Assembly: GCA_963713605.1 (NCBI GenBank)
Contig: CAVQMO010000005.1
Span: 32,001 to 96,000 of the forward strand
Length of the DNA: 64,000 nt
Direction of reading: 5' to 3'
DNA from: an uncultured Nitrososphaerales archaeon
Lineage (GTDB): Archaea > Thermoproteota > Nitrososphaeria > Nitrososphaerales > Nitrososphaeraceae
Below the pieces are notes generated by a model. That model did not search any database. It was not told where the DNA came from and saw only the letters and a list, made by a program, of their open reading frames with translations. The translations under genes were made by a program, and so were the position numbers. Below, piece by piece: positions 11,684-22,912 of this stretch (its first letter is position 1; each line of letters opens with the position of its first letter).

Positions 11684-12781
11684 TTATCTAGTTGCGTTAG
11701 TTAGTACCGTGTTATTCAACACATTCTGCAGAGTATTGTCACCTCCAGCCAGACCTGACGAAGACGAAGATGTGTTTCCAGAATTTGCTGCACCGCCCTC
11801 CCCACTACTTAATACAAATTCATTTCTACTTGTTGGAATCTCTATGAACGGAGTCACTGATTGACCATTTGCTCCTGATCCATCGCTACCACCAACGACC
11901 AGAGGCAACTGGCCATCCCATTTCTGGGATTTGAGCCAATCTAAATAGCTAGGACTCTGCCGCAGTTGCTCATCTATTGTGGTTATAGCTTGTGCTTCAC
12001 CTTGTGCCTGTAGTACGTTCGCTTGTCTAACTCCTTCAGCTCTAGCAATGTTTGCTTGCTGCTCTCCCACTGCTCTAGCTTCTGCCTGTTGCGCTTCAAT
12101 CTCTATTCTACGCAGCTCGTTCTGTGCCTGCAATGCCCTCTGTTGGGCTGCTACTTTTGCCTCTACTGCCCTTACGAATTCATCTGAAAACTGAAATTCA
12201 GTAATGGATATTGTGTCTACGGTAATATTGTACGCGGCAAGTCTTGCCCTAATTTGTTCTTCGATTTCATTTTTGACCTGTTCTCTTTTTGTGATCAATT
12301 CTTCTGCGTTAAACCTTGCAGTCACCTGTTTGACGGATTCCTGAATTGCTGGTACAATTACCCTGTTGGCATAATCAAGGCCTAACTGCCGATATACAAG
12401 TTGAGCGCTATCAGGATCAAGTCTGTAATTTAAAGCGACCTGAGTTCTGACATCCTGCAAATCGCGTGAGGCAGACACTGTATCTTCCGTAATCTTCTGC
12501 GTCCTAACTTCCATTTGGACAATGTTGTCTCTAACCGGTACCACGAAATGGATCCCTTCCTGCAACGATCTGCTAGTATCCACCGCACCAAAGTTTAATA
12601 GTACGCCTCTATTGCCAGCATCAACAATTTTGATACTCGACACAATAAGTATCGCAACTATTATCACACCTATTATTGCAGGAATTGCAATTTTCAAGAT
12701 TCTCTTGCTAGAGCTTGAATTCGGGTATGGATCTCCATAAGGATAGCTAGATTTTCCTCGCTTGAATGGGTTTTTCGGCAT
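11684..12781 (-). CDS. SPFH/prohibitin-family membrane protein (copy 1)
   Basis: TM helix, GNRGVLLNFGAV, SRDLQDV, ARFNAEELITKRE, coiled coil, KWDGQLP. Confidence 0.92.
   Translation of the reverse strand: MPKNPFKRGKSSYPYGDPYPNSSSSKRILKIAIPAIIGVIIVAILIVSSIKIVDAGNRGVLLNFGAVDTSRSLQEGIHFVVPVRDNIVQMEVRTQKITEDTVSASRDLQDVRTQVALNYRLDPDSAQLVYRQLGLDYANRVIVPAIQESVKQVTARFNAEELITKREQVKNEIEEQIRARLAAYNITVDTISITEFQFSDEFVRAVEAKVAAQQRALQAQNELRRIEIEAQQAEARAVGEQQANIARAEGVRQANVLQAQGEAQAITTIDEQLRQSPSYLDWLKSQKWDGQLPLVVGGSDGSGANGQSVTPFIEIPTSRNEFVLSSGEGGAANSGNTSSSSSGLAGGDNTLQNVLNNTVLTNATR
11826..12175. repeat. Near-identical block shared with 14351..14694
   Basis: Direct comparison shows a few substitutions and one 6-nt indel. 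11967..12175 appears identical. Confidence 0.9.
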
Positions 12782-13637
12782 CTATATTAAGAATCTCCCA
12801 GTAGAAGTTTGAAGGAAATTTTCATCATCAATGATGATCCAAATACCCATTCCTTTTGTATAAACCTATAGTGAAGCTGTGAGTTGATTCTGGGAGATAT
12901 TGAGGGCGATATGAATGAAAAGGAGGATGATGATGATGAAATTATGGTAGCGCTAATTATGATGATGATATTATGCTCAAAGGGACTTAATATTTACTTG
13001 ATTTTGAACCGTAGCTGAACGTTCATTTGGGTGGAATAAAATTGGAAAAGATGAACTTAATCCCTTGCTAATGTCTCGAACCTCTCTCAGAATTTAAAAT
13101 CATACGTGAAAACCACCGTACCATCATTAGCCATAGTCTTACCGTAACCTGGTCACTCGTGATCGTCATGAAACCCCGTATGAAAAGGAAAGCGATGAAA
13201 CGTAATCCTACCGGTCCCATCGCTTAAGAATGTTCATAATTTTGCTGCTGGGAGTTTTACGATGGGTACTACTATATTGAATATTGTATTAGCCTTAGAA
13301 ATCCTATGAGACGTTTCAATATAAGTTGCAGCCTTACAGGAAAGGTGCATCTAGCTGCATCATATATCAAATTCACAGCAGGCAGTTGAAATGGAAATGC
13401 TATATAGGAATTCGGACAGAATTGGATAAGGAAGAAGGTGATAATGCATGAATTTGCCTTAATATTTGAATCGTCATTTTATCATTCTAAGCATACCTCG
13501 TTAGCTTATTCTAAACTATTTTGTCTGCGGGGCAATCTCAGCAGCAGTGGTGTTATGCTCGATATACAAGAGTATTGAACCTTTCTTTAGTCTGAGATAA
13601 TCTTCTGCGCTTTCTTTAGTCTACTTTTTCACTTATA

Positions 13638-14177
13638 CTAGATATTTCTGGTGTGATATTTCTTGCGACCATCACTGGGTTAACTGGAGGGATAATAAGA
13701 GATGTAGTACTATGAAGAATTCCTCCTTCTGGGATTTCAGAACTCTCTTTCGTAAGCATTGCAGTTGTTACAGCAGTGGCCGTTTTTTATCTATATCCTA
13801 GAATCAAAAGTCAAATGGGATTATTTTTGACATTTGATGCAGTCGGATTAGGAGTATTTACCATAATCGAGGCCATAATAGCGCTAAACATCTACGGATT
13901 CAATGTTCTGATGGTCTTTGCAGGCATGATCACGGCGATTGGTGGAGGAATTATCCGTGACGCTTTGGTAAATAGGACACCTCTAGTTTTCAGAAAAGAG
14001 TTGTATGCGTCTATAAGCTTTGTTGGAGTGCTTATGTATGCTCTGCTGGTTTCTGAGGGGATCAATCTAGAAATTTCGAGTATTATTTGCATCATTTTTG
14101 TAACCGTTTTCAGGATCGTGGCAATACATTATAAATGGAATTTGCCTGTAAGAGGAACAAGACAGTTTGTGAAGTAG
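13638..14177 (+). pseudogene. TRIC / UPF0126 (YadS-like) membrane protein pseudogene
   Basis: The frame reads LDISGVIFLATITGLTGGIIRDVVL*RIPP with an in-frame TGA at 13713, then DAVGLGVF..ITAIGGGIIRD..ELYAS. I could not find the first helix or a start. Confidence 0.75.
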
Positions 14178-14283
14178 GTTTGTGAGCAGGCGTTCATTTT
14201 AGACCAGGATCTGTTATAACTCCCTCTCCGTCTACCGTTTTATGAAACCTAGCGGTATAACAGGAATCACTAAGAAAGGTTTA

Positions 14284-15393
14284 CTATGGTGAAGGAGCAG
14301 TGGTATTAGTTCCAGTCGCGGCATCACTTTCAGAATGATCAACTGGGTTCCTACTTGTTGGAATCTCTATGAATGGAGTCACTGATTGACCGTTTGCTCC
14401 TGATCCACCACCAACGACCAGAGGCAACTGGCCATCCCATTTCTGGGATTTGAGCCATTCTAAATAGCTAGGACTCTGCCGCAGCTGCTCATCTATTGTG
14501 GTTATAGCTTGTGCTTCACCTTGTGCCTGTAGTACGTTCGCTTGTCTAACTCCTTCAGCTCTAGCAATGTTTGCTTGCTGCTCTCCCACTGCTCTAGCTT
14601 CTGCCTGTTGCGCTTCAATCTCTATTCTACGCAGCTCGTTCTGTGCCTGCAATGCCCTCTGTTGGGCTGCTACTTTTGCCTCTACTGCCCTTACAAACTC
14701 TGGAGAAAATTGGAATTCGGTAATTGAGATTGCATCCACAATGATATTATAGGCTGCAAGTCTGTTCCTAATTTGCTCTTCTATTTGATCCTTTACTGTT
14801 TCCCTTTTTGTAATTAGCTCCTCTGCATTGAATCTAGCAGTCACCTGTTTGACTGATTCTTGAATTGCTGGCACAATTACCCTGTTGGCATAATCCAAGC
14901 CAATTTCCTTGAACACAAGCTGTGCATTATCGGGATTAATGTGATAATTTAGTGCTACCTGTGTTCTGACATCCTGAAGATCTTTGGAAGCAGATGCTGC
15001 ATCTTCTGTAATTTTCTGAGTCCTCACCTCCATCGGAACAACGTTGTCTCGAACAGGAACGACGAAATGGATTCCTTCTTCAAGAGATTTGGTAGTATCC
15101 ACGGCACCAAATGAGAGGAGTACGCCTCGATAGCCCGCATCCACGATCTTTACGCTACCAGTTACAGCTATCGCTACAATGATTATACCTATGACGGCTG
15201 GAACCACGATCTTGATTAGTGGGCTAGAAATTCTGCCACGGCCAGGAGCAGAACCCCTCGAATAGGGTGAACCATGAGGATCTTCAAGAGGTTCTCCTTC
15301 AGGAGTGGTCCTTCGAGATGCTCCGCTGCCGCTCCCACCACCAGAACCATACGGGTTATCATTATCCTTACGCTTAAATGGATTTATTTTCAT
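14284..15393 (-). CDS. SPFH/prohibitin-family membrane protein (copy 2)
   Basis: Same motifs as copy 1, with a Gly/Ser/Pro-rich N-terminus. Confidence 0.92.
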   Translation of the reverse strand: MKINPFKRKDNDNPYGSGGGSGSGASRRTTPEGEPLEDPHGSPYSRGSAPGRGRISSPLIKIVVPAVIGIIIVAIAVTGSVKIVDAGYRGVLLSFGAVDTTKSLEEGIHFVVPVRDNVVPMEVRTQKITEDAASASKDLQDVRTQVALNYHINPDNAQLVFKEIGLDYANRVIVPAIQESVKQVTARFNAEELITKRETVKDQIEEQIRNRLAAYNIIVDAISITEFQFSPEFVRAVEAKVAAQQRALQAQNELRRIEIEAQQAEARAVGEQQANIARAEGVRQANVLQAQGEAQAITTIDEQLRQSPSYLEWLKSQKWDGQLPLVVGGGSGANGQSVTPFIEIPTSRNPVDHSESDAATGTNTTAPSP

Positions 15394-16131
15394 CGTCCCT
15401 TAAGTCCATGTTCAATGCAGTAAGAAACCAAATTCTGTCTAACCGATCGTATTGAGATAGCACTAGCAGTGAAACCAAATTCATGATTTAATTCAACAAT
15501 TTGCATATATATATGTTAGAACAAGAATCGCTGTTTGCATATTAGTAGAAATCTATCTGAAGAACCTTAAACATCTTACCGACGCTTACCTAACATCATA
15601 CGACTATAGCAGAGCTTAAGTTTCGATGACTATCCATTTTCTATTCCTAATCCAAAATTCTGAAACCATCCTCATAGCGATATTGAAACTAAATGATACT
15701 AATCGATTACTCTGCTAGACTTCCAACATAATGCGGCGAATTATGAGTTCCAATTACTTGGTTTATGAATCCAATATGTTCCTCAGGGGTATTTGGTTTG
15801 CCACATGGATGATTCGAAAAGACGCCTACGAAATCTGGGAAATAAGTTTCTTTATACCGTCGTCATGATCCTTATTGCAGGCGTTATCATCAATTCCACC
15901 CCAAGCCATAATTCATACTATTACTAATACTGGTAGCACTTACATCAAACAGACTTGTGCTACAATAGTGTCAGGGGTCAAGCGGCTTGACAAGAATATA
16001 TTTTCCCCCAATTGATCTTTTCATTGCTAACAAGATACTTTAAGTTATAGGCAACAAGTACCCCACACAAAAATGCAACCCCTCCACTCCGAAAATTGCA
16101 ACATACAAAGAAAGGGACATTTGAAAAAGTT

Positions 16132-18276
16132 CTACTTCTTCTTTGGCTGCGTTTTAAGTTGCTGTTTGAAAATCTCAATTAATTCGTGAACAGATGTCGT
16201 ATCTTCCGGACCCTTATCATCTCTAATCTTACCTGTAAATTTAGGAAATCGCAATGCAAGACCATAACCCTCCCTGATCGAATTGAGCCCAGCTGTGTGA
16301 GCAGGACTTAGTGTTATTTCTGAAGCAATTACTTCGATGACAATCTTTGGTTCAAACCACACATCCATCTGTTCCATCCTCGTGTCGACTCTCGGAGATT
16401 TGTGTCCGATACGCAAACTTTCAAGGCTATTATAGAAGCTTTCAAGATGCTGGTCAGTAAACCCAGTTCCAACCTTGCTCACGCTTCTGAAAAGATCCTC
16501 TTTTTCGTCATATGCTGCCAATAAAAGGGCACCGTATTTCCCCACCCTTCTTCCTCTTCCATACAAGGCGCCCACTATTACTAAATCGAGGGTATCTGCC
16601 AACTCGCTTCGATATTCACGTTTTACCTTCATCCAGAGGTATTCTCTGCTACCGGCTCGATACACGCTCTTCAGGTGTTTAAGCATTATACCCTCGCATC
16701 CCGCATTTATGGCCGAATCCATAAATTTCTGAATCTCTTTTTTATTGCTTGACATAATTTGCGGTATCAGTTGTATCCTGTTTGCACCAGTATCATTTGA
16801 ACCATGTCGTATGCTATCTTTTACTTCCTTGGGGACCAGTCTCAAATCATCTTTACGCGCGAGCAATTTCTCTTGTTGCATTTTGGAGCCGACTCTTTCT
16901 GTCGTTATATTAGTTGCTCTCCTTTCCAGTGGAAGGCTTGCTGTGGCCCCCTCTACAGTAACCAATTTTTCTCCGCGTCCTCTTTTCTTACTTGTTCTCT
17001 TTCCCTTAATATTAGAACTTGTTTTACCATTGCCTACGTCACACTTATCATCAGTACCCGCAATCTCAACAAGCTCTCCTAATATATGTCGCCGTTCTTT
17101 GTAAGGGGAGCTAGTAACTGATTTAGAATTGTTGAACAAGACATCAAATATATTGACTACTACGGGGTAGACTCTTCATTGCTTCTTCAACACCATACTT
17201 CCTCCTTCGATGCATAAGCTCTTGGAATGGGAGAAATTCAGAAGTACTTGGATCAATAGCGACGATTTCCCCCTCTAGTATCACTTTCTTTAGAGTATCC
17301 ATTTTTCTAACAGCCTTCACCACATCTGGGTAGTGGTTTGTAATATTTTCAAGCCGCCTCGAAAAAGCTCTACTCTTTCGTTATCTTTAGCAATGCCGGC
17401 CTTATCCTTACCTTTGTGTATCTGAACTCTCTCCCCATCAAGTTTGTATTCGGCGCCTGCGATTCCGTCCATTCTACCCAGCCCCTCTTCAATGGAAGAT
17501 GCCCTTTCGGCAAGCATTGGTCTAATCGGTTTAAAAAGAGTTATCTGTATTGAGCGAATAGCTTCGATTCCATTTGAGGCCAATTCTCTTGCAATTAGCC
17601 CAAGGTCCCCAGAAACATTATAAGCATTCTCTAATAAGGAACGGTTTGACTTATCGTTGGTAAATGCTATTGATAACGAATCTAAAACAGTAAAGTCAGC
17701 TATCCCTAATCTCAATGTTCCCATAAGAAACTTCATAATGTATCTTGCTTCCCGTGAAGTAGTTTCATTGAGCAGACTGCTAACAAGTCTCAGCTTAGTT
17801 TCTTGTGAGCCTGAACCTGTAGCCCTTGCTATCTTCAACAAAGTTGTGAATACCCTTTCGACAGTCATCTCTTGAGAGAATAAGGTGTTTTGATTTTTTG
17901 TTTCCATTGTCTCTGCAGCCGTATCACCTAAGTCTCCCTTTTTCTGATAAATAGTCACTATATCTGAAACACCCTTCCCAGATGACTGAGCAAGGGCCCG
18001 AATGGCCATCTTTTCTGCCAGGCCCAATTCTATGCCTTCGTAGGGTGGTCCTAGTCTCCCTTGAATTAAGTAAATAACCTTGTCTATAATTTCATTATTA
18101 GTTTCTCTTAGTAATGTAACAAGATGATCTGTAAGAAGTAATCTACTTTTGGTTTCTTCCATCTTTTCAAAAGTGTCAACTAGTTTGGAGAGAAGCAACG
18201 TGTATTTTACAAATTCTCTATGGGGAGAATCTGACTTAAATCTATTAGCATTAGGTTCTGGATCCAATACAATCAT
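16132..18276 (-). CDS. lig: ATP-dependent DNA ligase, split by apparent indels around 17140-17360
   Basis: [19 protein letters not shown] (adenylated Lys), [38 protein letters not shown]. Confidence 0.95.
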
Positions 18277-18396
18277 ATTCGCAGAGGCAGGTTACCGATT
18301 ACTTCTTAATTTCCAGAGGTTTACCGACAAGTAAAGGAGAACTTCTACGGGAAAATTATTCTCGCAATATTTACGATGTTTTTATCGCCTTTGGCA

Positions 18397-18621
18397 TCAT
18401 TGCAAGTATGTTTCCAGAAGAATTCCATTACCACAAGAATTAGTATATGCCTGCAAAAGTAGTTGTATGCCTGTATAACCATCATTATTTTGTTTGTATC
18501 CGGCGACCCGAAGATTATCAACGGAAAATTGATTGTCTAGAGAGAAAACGACGATCACTCCTAATGCAATCCCCATAAAACCCAAGGTTAATGCATTCAC
18601 CGTATTATTTCCCCGCACCAA
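18397..18621 (-). CDS. Small hypothetical membrane protein (doubtful)
   Basis: One hydrophobic segment, no family recognised. Confidence 0.25.
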   Translation of the reverse strand: MVRGNNTVNALTLGFMGIALGVIVVFSLDNQFSVDNLRVAGYKQNNDGYTGIQLLLQAYTNSCGNGILLETYLQ

Positions 18622-19201
18622 TCATTACTGATTTTCTTAGTTTATGTGTTTTGTGAGGAATAATGATTGAGTTTTAAATTGATTTGTTTACGAATGCCCC
18701 ATCTAACCTTTAAGTTCTTAATCAAAAATTTGTAGAGATAGTGGAATTAATTCAAAAATGGTTTATCTTGAATAGCTCACGATGTAATGGTCATAGAATT
18801 ACACTCAATACAGTTACCATGATGAGTACCATGTACTGAGACTGACAACTTGCGACGGTATTAATACAATAGCCCAAATAACAACAAAGATCCTCATTAC
18901 GGTAATTATCGCCGCGACCACGGTCTGATAAACTTTGGATACTACTTACTTAGTCCAAATAGAACGACGGTCAGTATATAGATCGTATATGGCCACAGAG
19001 TGCCTACGAAGCAAAAATAAGTATGACGGGAATGACTTTGTTATTACAAGATCCATTCGTTTACAGATGCGGTGGCGAGACCAAATCTTACATTGAAGGC
19101 GTATTGGTTCACAGAGTAAGCTTCCGCAGCTACTTTCTGAATTAAATTCAGGTGTACCCTCGATGCCTATGCGGCAGTGCTATCTCTTGAGGAGATTCCC
19201 G

Positions 19202-20612
19202 TCAGGGAAAGATTTTTGGTAGTTCCGGGAATCCTGGAATTTTAGGAAATTGGAATAAAGGCGGATTGGTTTCTTTCGGCTTTTGTTCTGGATCTTGTTC
19301 TTGTTGGGATGAAGCGGCTATTAACTGCGGCGAGCCTGAAGGCCTTTCTTCAAGAGTGACAATTACATCGACGGTTTTGCCCTCCCGGTTGACTGCTAGC
19401 ACTACTTTGTCTCCCACCTTCTTATTCTCATCGAGATGAGAAATCACATCGTCCATTGACTTGACCGGCTGACCATCTATTTTGGTTACTATATCACCGC
19501 CACTCACAAGCTCCGCGCTACCTCCAAAGCCTTCTTTAACTATTTCACCTCTTATCCCCGCTTTATCTGCTGGACTGTTATCTACAACGGATACTACAGC
19601 CGCACCCTTGTAATTTCTTGTCAGTCCTAAGCTTTCGGCAATAACTGGGGACAAGTCTTTGGCTGTAAATCCTAGCCACGGATGTACATAGCTACCTTTC
19701 TCAACGAGCACAGGGACTTCCTTCGACAGCATATTTGATGGGATTGCAAAACCTACTCCTGAGTAAACTCCTGTGTTTGAATATATGGCTGTATTCATAC
19801 CCACCACTTCGCCATTCATATTAAGCAAAGGTCCTCCTGAGTTACCAGGGTTGATTGCAGCATCTGTTTGTATTGTGTTCGCAATCGAATATCCAGTTAT
19901 ATCATTGGGTAACAATCGACCGATCTGGCTTATCACACCCGTTGTCAAGGTCCCACTCAACCCAAAGGGGTTACCAATTGCGATAATCTGCTCCCCAACC
20001 TGTATCTCTGAGGAATTTGCAATTTTTAGTGGAACTACTCCTTTTCTAAAAAATTCAGGATCCGTAATTTGCAAGATCCCTATATCCGAGTAAGGATCCT
20101 TTCCAACAACCTTTGCAGTGTATGTGTCACCATCTACAAATGTAACATCCACCTCCTCAACATCAGAAACCACATGATGATTTGTTATTATACGTCCATC
20201 ATGATCGTAAACAAAACCAGATCCAAGCGCTACATTGTTCTGAGGAATTTCTCTTCCATTAATTATGACAACTTCATTGGATCCGGGCCTGGTACCTGTT
20301 ATTTGTACGACAGAATTCTCGGTTTTCTTGAAGATTTCAGGTAGCGATATCTGCGATTGAAGACTTCCTGTAGTTAGAATTTTGGTTCCTTCATTTGAGT
20401 TAGATTTCTGCTGCTGAACCCTCAGCACAGGGGAGTCTAATGATGACGCAGCCGGAGGCAGCATATGATGGTGATTGCGCTGGCTCAGTAGTCGAGAGAG
20501 CAGATAAGGTACTGCCGACTAAAAGTGAGATTGATGGAATGAGGTTCCATGTGCCTGCAAAGTATGCACCTACTACGAGAAATAAGACAATAATCCAAAA
20601 ATATCTGGACAC
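19202..20612 (-). CDS. htrA: HtrA/DegP-like serine protease with PDZ domain; anchor in ORF 20400..20612, frameshift near 20465
   Basis: GSGFV, ITNHHVV, DIGIL, IQTDAAINPGNSGGPL, PDZ SPADKAGI..GDIVTKIDG. Confidence 0.92.
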
Positions 20613-20645
20613 ATAGCAAATATTGACACACGATTATTTATATAT

Positions 20646-20659
20646 TGACATTTGGGTCA
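20646..20659. promoter_or_regulatory. TGACA-N4-GGTCA palindrome directly upstream of the htrA TATA box
   Basis: tgacatttgggtca lies next to ttatttatata (20634-20644). Confidence 0.55.
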
Positions 20660-20699
20660 CATTCTAATTAAATTAATGTCAGGAACTAATGCCCATTAA

Positions 20700-21506
20700 T
20701 CAAGTTGAAGAAATCTCTTTACGCTGATCGTCTGAAATTGTAGATAGTGATGAATTTAAATCGTCCGCAGGGCCTACTAGACGAATTTGTTCCAGCAGTA
20801 GCAATCCTTTCTCTTCAGATATTATATAATGATAATACATTGGGGGATCATCATTAGATGTGGATTGTTCTGAGTTCAACTTGGTAAAAACTCCTTCATA
20901 GTTAGCCGTGCCAGTCGAATGCGCTTGATTCAGTTCGGAATTGTAAATATTTTCAATCGGAATGGTTTTTCCCTTCTGCATCTCACTGACGAGAGATGAG
21001 CTACCTGGCACACCTTCGTCGAAACCAGCGTATGTTCTACTGCTGGTGGTACTCTGCGAATTTATGATAGTAATAGAACCAATGAACACAAATGTAAAAA
21101 CAAAAATTGTGCTAAGTATTCGTCTTTGTAGTAACCTACGCCATAGATTTATTCCATTAAGCCTTTTCAAATCTGGTTCGTAAGAGTTAATACGCTTGTT
21201 GTTTTGTTTTAAGGGAATGGAATGGTTCTGCTGAATCTCATTTTCCATTATTCTGTTTGCATTGTATTGCTCCGAATCATCCTCGAGTAATTCGAATGCT
21301 GTTCTTCTCATATGTCGGTTTAAAGAGACGTATAATTCAGAGGAGCAATCGGTCAAGCTCAAAAATGACAATAATTGGAGTCTCGATACTGCATCAGCGA
21401 CGAGCGATTTAGAGTGGTCAGGAAAGCCCTCAATTAAGGTTGATAATTTGATAGGACCACAATGTTTGTACAGAATTCGTAGCACTGCTGTCTCTTCAGA
21501 TCTCAT
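20700..21506 (-). CDS. Membrane-tethered protein with a wHTH-like N-terminus, one TM helix and an extracellular domain
   Basis: The likely start is ATG 21506 (MRSEETAVLRILYKHCGPIKLSTLIEGF..VADAVSRLQLLSFL). TM helix ILSTIFVFTFVFIGSITII. Confidence 0.6.
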   Translation of the reverse strand: MRSEETAVLRILYKHCGPIKLSTLIEGFPDHSKSLVADAVSRLQLLSFLSLTDCSSELYVSLNRHMRRTAFELLEDDSEQYNANRIMENEIQQNHSIPLKQNNKRINSYEPDLKRLNGINLWRRLLQRRILSTIFVFTFVFIGSITIINSQSTTSSRTYAGFDEGVPGSSSLVSEMQKGKTIPIENIYNSELNQAHSTGTANYEGVFTKLNSEQSTSNDDPPMYYHYIISEEKGLLLLEQIRLVGPADDLNSSLSTISDDQRKEISST

Positions 21507-21545
21507 TCGTCTACAATTTTGGTTTGTATAGAAATATATACCTAT

Positions 21546-21559
21546 TGACACAGTTGTCA
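21546..21559. promoter_or_regulatory. Perfect TGACA-N4-TGTCA palindrome in the divergent promoter
   Basis: tgacacagttgtca lies 5 nt upstream of tatata (21535-21540) on the minus strand. Confidence 0.6.
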
Positions 21560-21642
21560 TTTACATTGTAATTCTTGGCACGTTAATTTTTCTGTTCTGT
21601 CAACGAAACAGACAAATATGACAGCATCATTAGTAGTAAATT

Positions 21643-22062
21643 ATGCACATGGACCAAACTACAGCAGAGACCAACGACGATTATGGAGTTTTGTCCAGAA
21701 TATTCAGTTCAAGGGCAGTGGCTCAGATTCTTGATTTCTTTTTTGATCACAAGGAGTTCGACTATTCTGCAAATGAGATTGCGAAGAAGACAGGTTTATC
21801 ATTCAGAACCATTTTTCGAGAAATTCCTGACCTTGAGGATAGGCAACTTATATTCAATACCAGAAGAATAGGCAAGGTTAATATGTACAAACTAAACCTA
21901 GACCTTGGCGCAGTTGCTTCCCTAGAGAAATTTTCATTGCAAATGTCGCAATTTGCAAACAGGAGAGAAAAATCAGTAAAGGCACGATTGAGTGAAAGGG
22001 AAGACCCACTATTACATGATATAGACACTTTGTCAGATAATTTGGTGCATCATACTAAATAA
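21643..22062 (+). CDS. Winged-helix transcription regulator
   Basis: ILDFF..YSANEIAKKTGLSFRTIFREIPDL..RRIGKVNMYKLN. Confidence 0.85.
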   Translation: MHMDQTTAETNDDYGVLSRIFSSRAVAQILDFFFDHKEFDYSANEIAKKTGLSFRTIFREIPDLEDRQLIFNTRRIGKVNMYKLNLDLGAVASLEKFSLQMSQFANRREKSVKARLSEREDPLLHDIDTLSDNLVHHTK

Positions 22063-22216
22063 TGACCTTAAATGAACCTGTATTTGGTAAAATCGCCAGT
22101 ACATGATTCATGCCTTAGGTGACAATGTTGTCCAGGTTTATTGATTCAAGCTTTTAGAATTATTACAGCGTTAAAAAATATGATTTTTGGGGTTTAAGTC
22201 GTAGAATGACTACGGT

Positions 22217-22387
22217 TCAATCGGCATTCTCTATGTAAAGCTTGTCACCTATCTTGTATTGAATTTCGCTAATGTAAAACGCTTTGTCGATAACTGGCGT
22301 TGAAAGATTTGCCCCACAGACAGGGACGCTTGAAAACGATTCCTCCTGCTCCTCCTCATTTTCTTGTTCTAGTTGTTGGGTACTCAA
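22217..22387 (-). CDS. Possible small acidic protein (56 aa, TTG start, not in the ORF track)
   Basis: MSTQQLEQENEEEQEESFSSVPVCGANLSTPVIDKAFYISEIQYKIGDKLYIENAD. TTTAAAA lies about 24 nt upstream. Confidence 0.4.
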   Translation of the reverse strand: MSTQQLEQENEEEQEESFSSVPVCGANLSTPVIDKAFYISEIQYKIGDKLYIENAD

Positions 22388-22912
22388 GCATTCAACATAC
22401 GTATTCGTGACTTTTAAATTCGATCCTCTTTATTTTGCAATTACAAGTGCATTTTATCAGGTTTTATATGATAATTTCACCTTCGCAAGCCAAAACATAG
22501 AAATCATTACGTTAAGAATTTTAGAGATGCGAGATCAAGGTTGCTGGTTTAACTAATCTGAGATTACTGTTAGACAGAGGTGTTTATTGAACGTTCCATC
22601 AAAACAGTAATTATAATAATGAGATCAATTTGGGAAAAGGAGAAATTCTCCGACTATAGTCAAATCAATAAAATTTTCCTAGAATTGATTCAAGGATCTA
22701 TTGTAGTGTTTGGTTCTAGAGCGAGGAGAATACCCAATGACATTCATACTTGTAACTCTTAACGATATCTGGTACGAGATCACTGAACAAATCCTTTTCC
22801 TGAACCCAGAATAATAGGCCCCGGCAGATTAACTCGAATTGAAATAAAAGGCGATTTTCCACTCAGAAAAGTTATATGGCCATGATAGACAGGAAGTATC
22901 TGACTCTCCCAG

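Noticed and set aside
13713..13715. Selenocysteine or readthrough TGA in the TRIC gene
   Set aside because: The position corresponds to a Gly (GGA to TGA), the gene also lacks its N-terminus, and no SECIS-like element was seen.
11979..14752. Duplicated Cys/Ala-rich plus-strand ORFs (11979, 14498) as peptide precursors
   Set aside because: They are antisense shadows of the SPFH coiled-coil codons.
16760..17070. Intein in the DNA ligase
   Set aside because: No C-terminal His-Asn followed by Cys/Ser/Thr, no LAGLIDADG motifs, and the segment is short and low-complexity.
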